A stretch of 64,000 nucleotides of DNA from Candidatus Marinacidobacterales bacterium (GCA_965226495.1 OZ245365.1:2272001-2336000), one strand, 5' to 3'; counted from the stretch's first letter, positions 29,854 through 40,661 are shown. Notes: generated by a model from the letters alone, not told the origin. A program made the numbers and translations.

Positions 29854-30149
29854 GCTCGTAGGCCCTCCCTGTTCGACAACGGCGTTTATGTGAACCCTTT
29901 GCGCCAAGAGGATCGGTCTTGATTACGAGCTCTTCAAGCCTCCGGAACCTTCCCACCGAGAAAAGCCCACGCCTCAATAGATGCTTCCCCTGCAAGCTCG
30001 TCCGATGCTTGAATCATTAAGAGAGCCTCCAGCACTATCTTCGCACTCCACACTGAAAGCAATATGCCTCTCTAAAGATAGTGACTCTTCCCCGTCGATG
30101 TACTGGTAGAACTCCTCCATCGCCGGGTGATCCTCTGGCCGCTACGGCG

Positions 30150-30179
30150 TTGACTTTTCAGCCTGTAGAGGGCTATTTT
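30150..30179 (+). promoter_or_regulatory. Putative promoter of the kinase array
   Basis: TTGACT-18 nt-TATTTT. Confidence 0.35.
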
Positions 30180-30198
30180 CATGCTCAAAGGGCTAGCC

Positions 30199-32928
30199 AT
30201 GTCATTAACCCCCGGCACGAAGCTGGGTCCCTATGAAATCCTGGCACCTCTAGGTGCAGGTGGCATGGGTGAGGTCTACAAAGCCAAAGACACCCGGCTC
30301 GACCGCACGGTCGCCATCAAAGTCCTCCCCGCTCACGTCGCCAGCCATCCGGAAGTCCGCCAGAGATTCGAGCGAGAAGCTCGCGCCGTCTCGAGCCTGA
30401 ACCACCCGCACATCTGCACGCTTTTCGACATCGGCAGCGAGAATGGCATCGACTTCATGGTCATGGAGCACATCGAGGGAGATACGCTCGCCGATCGATT
30501 GAAGAAAGGCGCACTGCCCCTCGACCAGGCACTGCAGTACGGAATCGAGATCGCCGACGCTCTCGACAAAGCTCACCGTCAAGGCGTGGTGCATCGGGAT
30601 CTGAAGCCCGGGAACATCATGCTCACGAAGACCGGAGCAAAGCTTCTCGATTTTGGGCTTGCGAAGATGACGGCGGCGGAAACGAATGCCGGCGGTTTGT
30701 CGGCGTTGCCCACTGAAGCGCAGCCGCTCACGAAAGAAGGTTCGATACTCGGCACTTTCCAGTACATGGCCCCGGAGCAACTCGAAGGCAACGAAGCCGA
30801 CGCCCGCTCCGACATCTTCGCTTTCGGTTCCGTGCTCTACGAGATGGTGACCGGCAAGCGAGCGTTCGAGGGAAAGAGTCAGGCGAGCCTCATCGCAGCC
30901 ATTCTAGAGCACGAGCCCCCGGCGATGTCCACGCTCCAAACGATGACGCCGCCTGTTCTGGATCACGTGGTCCGGAGGTGCTTGGCGAAGGATCCCGACG
31001 AACGCTGGCAAACGGCGCACGATCTCACGGCCGAATTGAATTGGATCGTCGAGGCTGGCTCGCAGCCCGGTGTTACCTCACCGCTCGTTCCTGGGCGGCG
31101 AGTGTCTCGACGGCTGGCAGCAGGGATTCTTGGCTTTCTCCTCGGAAGTGTTTTCGTCTGGAACCTAAAGCCCGGTGCACCAACCGCCGGTTCTGTCACG
31201 CGTCTGCGCATGGGGTTGCAGCCTGCCGAGGAAATCGGCGGCTTCTTTTTGGAAACCGTATTGGCCGGATGGCGCCCGACTCGCACCGCGGTGGCTTTTT
31301 CGCCCGACGGCCGACACCTCGTTTACCGTGGTGGGGCGGGTGAGACCTGGCAGCTTTACCTACGCCCCATGGATCAGGCTGAAGCTTCACCCATGCCTGG
31401 TACCGAAGGCGCCGTCGGCCCGTTCTTCTCGCCTGACGGTCAATGGGTGGGCTTCTGGGCCAACGGCGAGCTCCGAAAGGTCCGGCTGACGGGTGGGCCC
31501 TCGGCGGCCGTGTGCGAGACACCCCTCCTGTTCGGTGCGAGTTGGGGCGAGGAGAACACGATTGTCTTTGCTCAATATACTGGGGGCCTTTGGTCTGTCT
31601 CGGCAGATGGTGGTACGCCCAAGGAACTGACTACTTTGAGGGAGGGCGAAGTGAGCCACCGCCTCCCGGAGGTCCTGCCTGGCGCCAAGGCCGTGATTTT
31701 CACTGTCAGCAAGCGTTCTTTTGAGTGGAAAGATGCGGAGATCGCAATGCAGGACTTGGCGACGGGTGAACGGAGGGTTCTTGTCGCAGAGGCTGCGGAC
31801 GCTCGGTACGTTCGCACCGGGCATCTATTGTATGCCCGATTAGGAACCCTGATGGCCGTGCCGTTTGATCTCGAACGTCTGGAGGTGACGGGCGGTTCGC
31901 TTCCGGTCATCGAAGGTGTGATGCAGGCGGTATACGCCGGCCATTCTGCGATCGACACAGGCGCCGCGCAGTTTAGTGTGTCCGGCGCCGGATCACTAGT
32001 CTATGTCGAAGGCGGAACCTACCCGCTACTCCGGAAGTCGTTGGTCTGGGTCGACCGCGAAGGAAGAGCACAGCCATTGGGGGGGACGGAACGTGGGTAT
32101 TGGCACCCTCGGCTCTCGCCTGATGGTCGACGGGTGGCCGTCTTCATTTCGGAGCCCGAGCAGAGGGACATTTTTGTCTACGACATCTCTCGTGGCACGC
32201 TCACTCGGGTGACGCAGGAAGGAGCGAACGCTTATCCCGCTTGGTCACCGGATGGTAAGCGAGTCGCTTTCCAGTCGACGACGGGTGGACCGGCGAACAT
32301 CTTTTGGGTACAGCCGGACGGTAGCGCCCTCGAACGGCTCACGACCAGCGAAAACCGGCAGTATCCCGCCTCGTGGTCCCCGGACGGTAAGGCGCTTGCC
32401 TTCCTGGAGGGTAGAGACATCTGGGTGCTGCCGTTCGACAACGGCGAGCATGAACCGAGGCCTGTCGTCCAAACGCGGTTCGAGGAAGAATACCCCACGT
32501 TTTCACCTGACGGTCGTTGGCTAGCGTACACTTCCGATGAGTCTGGCCGGCGCGAGGTTTACGTCCAGCCCTATCCCGGTCCAGGGCCGAGGACCCAGAT
32601 CTCCGTTGAAGGTGGAATGTCCCCGGCGTGGGCACGCAACGGCCGAGAACTGTTCTATCGCGTGCTGTCCGGCGGGCGCTGGGGAGGAAAGCGCAAAATG
32701 ATGGCGGTCAAGATCACGACGGACCCGACTTTTATTGCTGGAAAGCCCCGCATGCTCTTCGAGGAGGCCGGCTACCAACCGAGCGAACCCTTTAGAAGTT
32801 ACGATGTCGCTGCCGACGGGCGGTTTCTAATGCTCGAGATGGCCGAGCAGCCAAGTCAACGCGTGACCGAGCTCCGTGTGGTCCTCAACTGGTTCGAAGA
32901 ACTCAAGCGACTCGTTCCCACGAACTAG
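30199..32928 (+). CDS. Hanks-type Ser/Thr kinase + TM + PD40/TolB-like beta-propeller (kinase 1)
   Basis: GAGGMGEVY, AIK, HRDLKPGN, DFG, APE; repeated SPDG motifs. Confidence 0.95.
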   Translation: MSLTPGTKLGPYEILAPLGAGGMGEVYKAKDTRLDRTVAIKVLPAHVASHPEVRQRFEREARAVSSLNHPHICTLFDIGSENGIDFMVMEHIEGDTLADRLKKGALPLDQALQYGIEIADALDKAHRQGVVHRDLKPGNIMLTKTGAKLLDFGLAKMTAAETNAGGLSALPTEAQPLTKEGSILGTFQYMAPEQLEGNEADARSDIFAFGSVLYEMVTGKRAFEGKSQASLIAAILEHEPPAMSTLQTMTPPVLDHVVRRCLAKDPDERWQTAHDLTAELNWIVEAGSQPGVTSPLVPGRRVSRRLAAGILGFLLGSVFVWNLKPGAPTAGSVTRLRMGLQPAEEIGGFFLETVLAGWRPTRTAVAFSPDGRHLVYRGGAGETWQLYLRPMDQAEASPMPGTEGAVGPFFSPDGQWVGFWANGELRKVRLTGGPSAAVCETPLLFGASWGEENTIVFAQYTGGLWSVSADGGTPKELTTLREGEVSHRLPEVLPGAKAVIFTVSKRSFEWKDAEIAMQDLATGERRVLVAEAADARYVRTGHLLYARLGTLMAVPFDLERLEVTGGSLPVIEGVMQAVYAGHSAIDTGAAQFSVSGAGSLVYVEGGTYPLLRKSLVWVDREGRAQPLGGTERGYWHPRLSPDGRRVAVFISEPEQRDIFVYDISRGTLTRVTQEGANAYPAWSPDGKRVAFQSTTGGPANIFWVQPDGSALERLTTSENRQYPASWSPDGKALAFLEGRDIWVLPFDNGEHEPRPVVQTRFEEEYPTFSPDGRWLAYTSDESGRREVYVQPYPGPGPRTQISVEGGMSPAWARNGRELFYRVLSGGRWGGKRKMMAVKITTDPTFIAGKPRMLFEEAGYQPSEPFRSYDVAADGRFLMLEMAEQPSQRVTELRVVLNWFEELKRLVPTN

Positions 32929-32931
32929 GTC

Positions 32932-35586
32932 ATGGCACTCGACGCTGGCACAAAGCTAGGACCCTACGAGATTCTCTCCCCTATCGGTGCAGGAGGCATG
33001 GGTGAGGTTTACAAAGCCAAAGACACTCGGCTTGATCGCACCGTTGCCATCAAAGTCCTTCCCTCTCACGTAGCCGGCAACCCCGAAGTCCGTCAGAGAT
33101 TTGAACGTGAAGCCCGTGCCGTCTCCAGCCTCAACCATCCCAACATATGCACGCTTCACGACATCGGCAGCGAAAACGGCATCGACTTCATGGTCATGGA
33201 GCACATCGAAGGAGACACCCTCGCGGACCGATTAAGGAAAGGGGCTTTACCTCTCGACCAGGCTCTACAGTATGGAATCGAGGTTGCCGACGCTCTGGAC
33301 AAAGCCCATCGCCAAGGCGTCGTACATCGGGATCTGAAGCCCGGGAACATCATGCTGACGAAGTCAGGGGCCAAGCTGCTTGACTTCGGGCTTGCCAAGA
33401 TGTCGGCCGCACAAACGAATGCCGCTGGTCTATCGGCGTTGCCCACTGAAGCGCAGCCGCTCACGAAAGAAGGTTCGATTCTCGGCACGTTCCAGTACAT
33501 GGCCCCCGAGCAGCTTGAAGGGAAAGAAGCCGATGCACGCACGGACATCTTCGCTTTTGGTTCCGTGCTTTACGAGATGGTGACTGGCAAGCGTGCGTTC
33601 GAGGGCAAGAGCCAGGCAAGCCTCATCGCAGCCATTCTCGAGCACGAGCCACCGGCGATGTCCACTCTCCAAACGATGACCCCGCCTCTTCTGGATCACG
33701 TGGTCCGGACATGTCTCGCCAAAGATCCGGACGAGCGGTGGCAATCAGCATCCGATGTGATGCGCGAGCTTGCTTGGATTTCTAACGAAGGCTCCGACGC
33801 TGGTCCCGCTTCTTCCGTTCAAGCCAGCGGTAGAACCAGGAAGCGGCTCGTTCTCGGGCTAGTTGCGGGAACTGCCCTTGGCGCTCTCTTGGCAAGCATT
33901 GTCTGGAACGCGAAACTGCAGCCGGAACCAGCAGGGCCCGTCTTGCGGGTGGACCTGGCACTCCCACCTGACCAGCGAGTGACCGATGGACTGCGTGTCG
34001 TGGCTCTCTCGCCCGACGGCACACATCTTGTCTATCGCGCGAACAACCAACTCTACCTGCGCAACATGAGAGAGCGGCATACGTCGGCGATCGCCGGCAC
34101 GGACGGCGGCCAATTCCCCTTCTTCTCGTCCGACGGACAGTGGGTAGCGTTCTGGTCTCCGATGGGGAGGGTGCTCAAAAAAGTATCCATCAGTGGTGGA
34201 ACACCCCTGACGTTGTGCGATGCAGACCTCCCTTGGGGAGCGAGCTGGGGTTCTGACGACGCCATCGTCTACCAACAGGGGACCGGAGCCATCTTGCGGA
34301 TTTCGACGGCAGGTGGCACGCCGGAGGTCTTGGTCTCTGATGAGGGGCGAGACCTTCGCCAACCCGAGATGCTTCCCGACGGAAAAACGCTACTGTTCAC
34401 GGCTGGCGCGTCGCTGTCCTTGGGGAGTCAGAGGCAAATCCTCGCCCGCTCCCTGGAGACCGGAGAGGAGCATGTTCTAATCGAAGGGGCCTCCGATGGG
34501 CGATATGTTCCGAGCGGGCACCTAGTTTATCGCCATGACGGGTCGCTCCTGGCGGTACCCTTCGATGTCGATCGCCTCGAGGTAACCGGCGGTCCGGTTC
34601 CTCTGCCAGAGAGCGTGAACGAGATTCGGGGAACCGGCATGGCACAATTCAGTTTTTCTCGAGCTGGTAGCTTGGTCTACGTTCAAGGAGGCTTCAGCCA
34701 ATCCACGTTGGTATGGGTGGATCGCCAAGGAATCTCACGGCCAGTCATCGAAACTCGGGGTGCCTATTCGACCCCTAGGCTCTCACCGGATGGCCAACGT
34801 CTCGCCGTCACTGCCGTTGATGAGAATAACCAACGCAAAGTTTGGATACTGGATCTGGCTCGAGGCTCCCAAAGCCGGTTAACCTTCGAGGGAGACTCCA
34901 CGGATCCGGTCTGGACTCCCGACGGCAAGACAATCCTTTTTGCCTCCACTCGGTCGCAGTTCTCTTTTAACATCTTCTCGATGCCTGCCGACGGCCGTGG
35001 CGAAGCCAGACCGATGTCAACCAACGACACGGCGACCTTCCCGTCTTTTGTGTCGCCGGACGGAAAGAACCTACTCTTTATCAAGGGCCTTGACACGATC
35101 GGTTACTTGCCGCTTGAGGGCGATGGCAACCCGACGATCCTGTTCGACACGCCCTATGGCGAGTTGTTCCCAACTGTTTCACTCGACGGTCGATGGCTCG
35201 CGTACGTTTCCGACGAGTCGGGCCGGCAGCAGGTTTACGTACGAGATTTCCCGGACCTCGAAGGCAAATGGCAAGTTTCCAGCGAAGGCGGGACGGAGCC
35301 GCTGTGGTCCCCTCGTGGCGGCGAGCTCTTTTACCGCAATGGCAACAAGATGATGGTAGTTTCGGTCTCGACGGAGTCTACTTTCGAGCATGGCACGCCG
35401 GCATTGTTGTTTGAGGGCAACTATGAAACTGACCCGGTCGGCGGCAATGCGCTCAACTACCATGTCTCGTCTGACGGCCAGGAGTTCGTGATGGTCGAGA
35501 CATACCAGGAGGCATTGGGATCGACGCAACTGAACCTAGTCCTCAACTGGTTCGAAGAACTCAAGAAACTCGCCCCAACAAACTAA
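32932..35586 (+). CDS. Hanks-type Ser/Thr kinase + TM + PD40 beta-propeller (kinase 2)
   Basis: Same motifs; kinase domain nearly identical to kinase 1. Confidence 0.95.
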   Translation: MALDAGTKLGPYEILSPIGAGGMGEVYKAKDTRLDRTVAIKVLPSHVAGNPEVRQRFEREARAVSSLNHPNICTLHDIGSENGIDFMVMEHIEGDTLADRLRKGALPLDQALQYGIEVADALDKAHRQGVVHRDLKPGNIMLTKSGAKLLDFGLAKMSAAQTNAAGLSALPTEAQPLTKEGSILGTFQYMAPEQLEGKEADARTDIFAFGSVLYEMVTGKRAFEGKSQASLIAAILEHEPPAMSTLQTMTPPLLDHVVRTCLAKDPDERWQSASDVMRELAWISNEGSDAGPASSVQASGRTRKRLVLGLVAGTALGALLASIVWNAKLQPEPAGPVLRVDLALPPDQRVTDGLRVVALSPDGTHLVYRANNQLYLRNMRERHTSAIAGTDGGQFPFFSSDGQWVAFWSPMGRVLKKVSISGGTPLTLCDADLPWGASWGSDDAIVYQQGTGAILRISTAGGTPEVLVSDEGRDLRQPEMLPDGKTLLFTAGASLSLGSQRQILARSLETGEEHVLIEGASDGRYVPSGHLVYRHDGSLLAVPFDVDRLEVTGGPVPLPESVNEIRGTGMAQFSFSRAGSLVYVQGGFSQSTLVWVDRQGISRPVIETRGAYSTPRLSPDGQRLAVTAVDENNQRKVWILDLARGSQSRLTFEGDSTDPVWTPDGKTILFASTRSQFSFNIFSMPADGRGEARPMSTNDTATFPSFVSPDGKNLLFIKGLDTIGYLPLEGDGNPTILFDTPYGELFPTVSLDGRWLAYVSDESGRQQVYVRDFPDLEGKWQVSSEGGTEPLWSPRGGELFYRNGNKMMVVSVSTESTFEHGTPALLFEGNYETDPVGGNALNYHVSSDGQEFVMVETYQEALGSTQLNLVLNWFEELKKLAPTN

Positions 35587-35589
35587 CCG

Positions 35590-37060
35590 ATGGCACTCGA
35601 AGCCGGAAGGAAGCTGGGTCTCTACGAGATCCTCGAGCCCATCGGCGCCGGTGGAATGGGAGAGGTCTACCGCGCCCGGGACACGAAGCTCGGTCGTGAA
35701 GTCGCCATCAAAGTCCTGCCCGAAGCCTTCGCCGAGAACGAAGAACGCCTAGCCCGCTTCGAGCGAGAAGCCAAAGTCCTCGCCCAGCTGAACCACCCAG
35801 GCATCGCTCATCTCTATGGACTCGAGCAGTCCGAAAGCATCAATTACCTGGCGATGGAGCTCGTGGACGGTGACACGCTTGCCGAGCGGATTGCGCGTGG
35901 CCCGATTGCCGTTGATGAAGCCCTTCCGCTTTGCCAGCAGATTGCGGAAGCAGTGGAGGCAGCTCACGAGAAAGGGATCATCCACCGTGACCTGAAACCA
36001 GCCAACATCAAGGTCAACTCCGAAGGCAAAGTGAAGGTACTCGACTTCGGTCTGGCCAAGGCCTTCGCGGAAGAGACACCGGACGCCGATTCCTCGATGT
36101 CCCCGACCCTCACACGGGACTCGACGCGAGTGGGGGTCATTCTCGGTACCGCGGCCTACATGAGCCCGGAGCAGGCGAAGGGCAAGGCTGTCGATAAACG
36201 CACGGATATCTTCTCCTTCGGTATCGTGCTTTTCGAGATGTTGACGGGAAAAAAGGCGTTCGCCGGGGACGATGTCTCGGACGTTTTAGCAAGCATCATC
36301 AAGTTGGAGCCCGATTGGAAAGCTGTTTCTGATTTCGACCCGCGCGTGCAGAACCTCATCCGTCGCTGTCTCCGGAAAGACCGGAAGAACCGTCTCCAGG
36401 CCATCGGGGATGTCCGCATCGAGATTCAAGAGATCCTCGCCAAGCCGGAAGGTGCATCCCCAGAGCAGCCCATAGCAATCTCTGCCCGGAGCAGAAGGAG
36501 AGAAAGGGTCGCCTGGGGACTGGTGATAGTCTTCGGCGCGCTCCTCGCAAGCATCGCTGTCTGGAGCGTGATGCGTGGCGAGCCGCGTGCGCAGACCATC
36601 ACCCGCTTTTCCGTAACGTTGCCACCAGGGGACTTCCTGACGGGTACCGGCCGTCGTGTTGTAGCTCTCTCGCCGGACGGAACTCACTTTGTCTATGTCG
36701 CCAACCAGCAACTCTATCTCCGCAAGATGGACCAATTGGAGGCGGCCCCCATCCGCGGCACCGATGTGAGCCCAATAAGTCCTTTCTTCTCCTCCGACGG
36801 TCAGTGGGTGGGGTTCTTCTCTTATAACAAACTCATGAAGGTCTCAGTGACGGGCGGGGCACCGGTGACCTTAAGCGAGAATGGCAATCCCTATGGTGCG
36901 AGCAGCTGGGGTGATGACACTATCGTCTTCGGGCAAGAGGGGGGCATCCTTCGCGTCTCGGCCAATGGCGGCACGCCGGAGGTTCTCGTCCCCATGGACT
37001 CCGGACAATGGGCTACTGGGCCGCAGATGCTGCCAGACGGGGAAACGGTCCTCCGGAGCG
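35590..37060 (+). pseudogene. Kinase 3, N-terminal part (kinase + TM + start of propeller), interrupted by IS3
   Basis: HRDLKPAN, DFG, SPEQ; similarity to paralogues stops at LPDGETVL. Confidence 0.9.
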
Positions 37061-37093
37061 TGTCAACAACATTGAGACACCCGGGAGCTGCAT

Positions 37094-38233
37094 TTAGTGA
37101 GCCTCGATTGGTGTCAGGAGGCTCGTGACGTGGTTTTTGTCCACGTCTGCCTGGATCGAGATCTCGTTACGTGGAGCGGAAAAAGGGGGGACCCCAGGTA
37201 TGGACCACCCGGAGAAAGTGGTTCCTAGGCGATCCTCGCGCGTCTTTTTCTCAGGTGGAGGGTTGATCCAAGCCTGAGACGGCAAAACAGGGGGTTGAGG
37301 TCTTCCACGGACGAAGCGTTCGGGATGAGCCCGATGAGCGGCGAGGAGCGTGTGTCGGCGAGCCGCGTTGAGTTGTTCGGCGCGACCCTGATGAACGACG
37401 GCCGGTGTCATGAGACCGATTCCCGAGTGCCGGTGTTCGTAGTTGTAGTAGTCGAAGAAGTTGCGGGAGAACAGGCGAGCATCTTCGATGGAGCCGAAAC
37501 GACGCGGGAACTGGGGGCAATACTTCAGCGTCTTGAACTGAGACTCGGAGTAGGGATTGTCGTTCGAGACGTGAGGTCGGGAGTGAGTCTTGGTCACGCC
37601 GAGATCGGCCAGGAGCAAGGCGACGGACTTGCTTCGCATCGAGCTGCCCCGATCCGCGTGGATGGTGAGCTGGCCTGGTTCAATGCCTTGCTTGCGACAG
37701 CTCTCGCCGATGAGACGACGAGCGAGCTCGGCGCTTTCTCGGTGAGCCAGCATCCAGCCCGTCACGTAGCGGGAGAAGATGTCCAGGATGACGTAGAGGT
37801 AGTAGTAGGTCCACTTGACCGGACCACGAAGTTTCGTGATGTCCCACGACCAAACCTGGTTCGGGGTTTCGGCCAACAGCTCCGGCTTGCGGTAGTTCGG
37901 ATGGCGCAGCTGGTTCCGGCGTTCTCGGACTTCTCCGTGCTCCGACAATATCCGATACATCGTGCGGATCGAGCAGTAGTAGGTTCCCTCGTCCAGAAGC
38001 GTGGCCCACATTTCGGCGGGCGCCTTGTCGACAAACTGCTCGGAGTGCAAGGCGCCGAGCACCTGCTCTCGCTCGGTTTCGCCAAGGGCTCGGTGGGGCC
38101 GAGGGCGACGCTTCGGTCTGGACGTCACCGGCCGACGACGACGATACAGCGTAGAACGAACGACTCCCAGGGCCTCACACGCTTCCGCTGTCTGTCCAAT
38201 CCGTCCCGCCAGCTCCTCGGCCGCCGCCATCAA
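37094..38233 (-). CDS. IS3 transposase OrfB (DDE)
   Basis: WSWDIT, DIFSR, HADRG, NDNPYSESQFKTLK. Confidence 0.95.
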   Translation of the reverse strand: MMAAAEELAGRIGQTAEACEALGVVRSTLYRRRRPVTSRPKRRPRPHRALGETEREQVLGALHSEQFVDKAPAEMWATLLDEGTYYCSIRTMYRILSEHGEVRERRNQLRHPNYRKPELLAETPNQVWSWDITKLRGPVKWTYYYLYVILDIFSRYVTGWMLAHRESAELARRLIGESCRKQGIEPGQLTIHADRGSSMRSKSVALLLADLGVTKTHSRPHVSNDNPYSESQFKTLKYCPQFPRRFGSIEDARLFSRNFFDYYNYEHRHSGIGLMTPAVVHQGRAEQLNAARRHTLLAAHRAHPERFVRGRPQPPVLPSQAWINPPPEKKTREDRLGTTFSGWSIPGVPPFSAPRNEISIQADVDKNHVTSLLTPIEAH

Positions 38234-38697
38234 TCGTTCTCGTCGCTGTCGGGCGGATTCAGGGGGATCCCCAGGAGCTCGGAGGCTTTTTTTTGGATCT
38301 CGAGCATCGTCTCCACCCGAGCGAGGCGACGCTTCAGTCGCGTGTTCTCGCGCGCGAGTTCCTTGACTCGAGGATCCTCGACCTTGCCCTTTCGTCCCCG
38401 CTTGATTGCGGCGAGCCCGACCCCCGCAATCTCATCCCGCTGGCGACGCCAACTCGACAGGAGCGACGAGTACAGTCCTTCTCGACGCAGAAGCGCTCCC
38501 ACATCGCCATCGCCCTTGCAGGCATCCGCTTCACGCAGTATCCGCAGCTTGTACTCCGCGGTAAAGCGTCGACGCTTCGCTTGTTCACTCACTTCGGGAT
38601 CCGGGGCCACCACTGCTTCGCGGCGGGCGGGCTCTACAGTCGCCCTTCCGGCTCCTTCCGACCCCGCCAAGTTCGTCTTCTCAGTCAACAGACTCAT
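38230..38697 (-). CDS. IS3 transposase OrfA
   Basis: RRRFTAEYKLRIL...LLRREGLYSS; A8 slippery run at 38287-38294 leads into the open -1 orfB frame. Confidence 0.92.
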   Translation of the reverse strand: MSLLTEKTNLAGSEGAGRATVEPARREAVVAPDPEVSEQAKRRRFTAEYKLRILREADACKGDGDVGALLRREGLYSSLLSSWRRQRDEIAGVGLAAIKRGRKGKVEDPRVKELARENTRLKRRLARVETMLEIQKKASELLGIPLNPPDSDEND

Positions 38698-38767
38698 TCA
38701 TGATCCTCCTCCGCCTTCCACACTAATTTCAAGGGGCGGAGTGTCTCAAGCATGTTGGCACGGAGGG

Positions 38768-39784
38768 CTAACCGGTGGTCCAGTTCCGATTGTCGAAGAT
38801 GTCGCGCGCGCGCGCGCAACCGGGGCGGCGCAAGCGAGCTTCTCCGATTCCGGATCGCTCGTCTACGTTCCAACGTTTCTATCTGGGGCTATGCGCGAGT
38901 TGGTCTGGGTCGACCGCGACGGAGTCGAGCATCCCCTCATCGAGCGGCGGGCAGGCTATCTGGTCCCTCGACTCTCCCCGGATGGCCGTAGACTGGCCGT
39001 TACGATCATGGAAGACGACCGAGACATCTGGGTTTATGAGATGGCCCGAGATACGCTGACTCCGCTGACGTTTGCAGCAGGAGACGACACCGATCCCGTC
39101 TGGTCGCCCGATGGCCAGCGCGTCGCCTTTTACTCGAGCCGGTCTAATGCAGATGGCACAGTGGGGGGCCTACTTACAAAAGCAGCTGATGGCAGTGGCG
39201 AAGCCGTCGCGCTAAACACCACATTAGGACATCATCCCTCTTCCTGGTCGGCGGACGGCAATGTGATCGTCTTCCGGACGGACACAGGAGGGGAGGATAT
39301 CGGAGTGCTTTACTTGGATGGCGAGCCGAAAGACGAGATTCTCCTAGGAACGCCGTTTCGGGAACTCCATCCGAGCTTGTCACTGAACGGTCGCTGGCTC
39401 GCCTACACCACGGACGAGTCGGGCCAGAGGGAGGTGTACGTGCGGCCCTTTCCCGGCCCTGGCGGCAAGTGGCAGATTTCGACGAGGGGAGGCGCGGAGC
39501 CCATCTGGGCACGGGACGGGACCGAGCTCTTCTACCGGAACGGTGACAAGATGATGGCGGTCCCCGTCTCTGCCGAAGGGACGTTCACCCGCGGGAAACC
39601 CATCGAGCTCTTTGAAGGAAGCTACGCCGTCGACCCCTTTGGCAACGATGCGATTAACTACGACGTGGCGCCCGACGGCCGCTTCGTGATGATCAAAGAA
39701 GGCAAGGAGGACTCAGCGCCAGTCCGAATCAATGTCGTCCTCAACTGGTTCGAGGAACTTAAGGAACTCGTCCCCACCAACTGA
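38768..39784 (+). pseudogene. Kinase 3, C-terminal propeller part
   Basis: LTGGPVPIVE...SPDG repeats...VVLNWFEELKELVPTN. Confidence 0.9.
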
Positions 39785-39787
39785 ACC

Positions 39788-40596
39788 ATGCCCCTCACTC
39801 CCGGCACCCGGCTCGGCAACTACGAAATCGTCTCCCCGCTCGGCTCGGGCGGCCTCATTCTACGACTGCGCCTCGGGGCTTTGCTGGCTTGTCTCCTGAT
39901 GGTTCCTGCAGTTGTCGAACCAAGTCACTGGCAGGAGCACGTTCCGGCCCGTCCGCTTCCCAGCAACCCACCGCCCTCCTATCCGGAGAAGGCACGCCAG
40001 GAGACGGTAACGGGAAAAGTCTTCTTCCGAGCACAGGTGACCGAGGAGGGTATCGTTGACTCTGTTCAGATTCTGAAAGTGCCCGCGCCAGACATGGGTT
40101 TCGAGGACGCTGTGGAGAAAGCCGTGAGAGTTTGGCAGTTTGAGCCCGCTCGCGTCGACGGACGGCCAATTCTGTCCACGTACGTGGGCAGCGTCAATTT
40201 CGGACTCTATCCCATCAACGAAAAAGGTATCCGCGAAAAAGGTATCCGCGAGGCGGTGAAGCAAGCCGAGTCCGCATGGAACAAAGGTGAGGCGAAGGCG
40301 ATTGCCAATCTGCTGGATTCAGATGGCCACATCCATTCGATTGACGGCTTGGCCAAAGGCCCGACTGAGGTTGAGAGTTGGTTTGCTGAGCAGTTGTCCG
40401 GGGCCTACGAAGGGAGCAGATTAGCACTGACCCTGGACATGATTCGCTTCCTAGAATCGGGCGATGCCCAGGTCGTCTTGAGTTTTGAGATAACGCGCCC
40501 CGGCCCCGAAGAGGAGGAGATGCCGTTAAGCGAGGGACGTGTTACTGCCCACATGATCCCAAAAGTCGGCGCTTGGTTAGTCAGGCGTGGGCACAG
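39788..40596 (+). pseudogene. Kinase 5' stub fused to TonB C-terminal domain + NTF2/SnoaL-like domain; 3' end interrupted by IS3
   Basis: MPLTPGTRLGNYEIVSPLGSGG then PPSYPEKAR..G.V...WQFEPA..DGRP, then AWNKG.A.AIA.L...W. Confidence 0.7.
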
Positions 40597-40661
40597 TGTT
40601 CTAGTTCAGTTGAAACGTGACACCAACCGGCTCCAAGATAAGGAGCCAAGAGGAGTCACAG

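Larger units (their letters stand above)
37061..38760 (-). mobile_element. IS3-family insertion sequence (~1.7 kb)
   Basis: Imperfect terminal IRs TGTCAACAACATTGAGACAC / revcomp TGCCAACATGCTTGAGACAC; orfA/orfB pair. Confidence 0.92.

Noticed and set aside
29871-29896. attC-like imperfect hairpin after the ATPase
   Set aside because: Too short and degenerate, no second copy and no integron integrase
37295-39784. 829-aa plus-strand ORF
   Set aside because: Artefact: the antisense frame of the IS3 happens to run into the kinase 3 C-terminal fragment
30199-39784. Stop-codon readthrough polyprotein or DGR-type diversification of the kinases
   Set aside because: Three different stop codons are used; no reverse transcriptase or adenine-specific TR/VR pair seen
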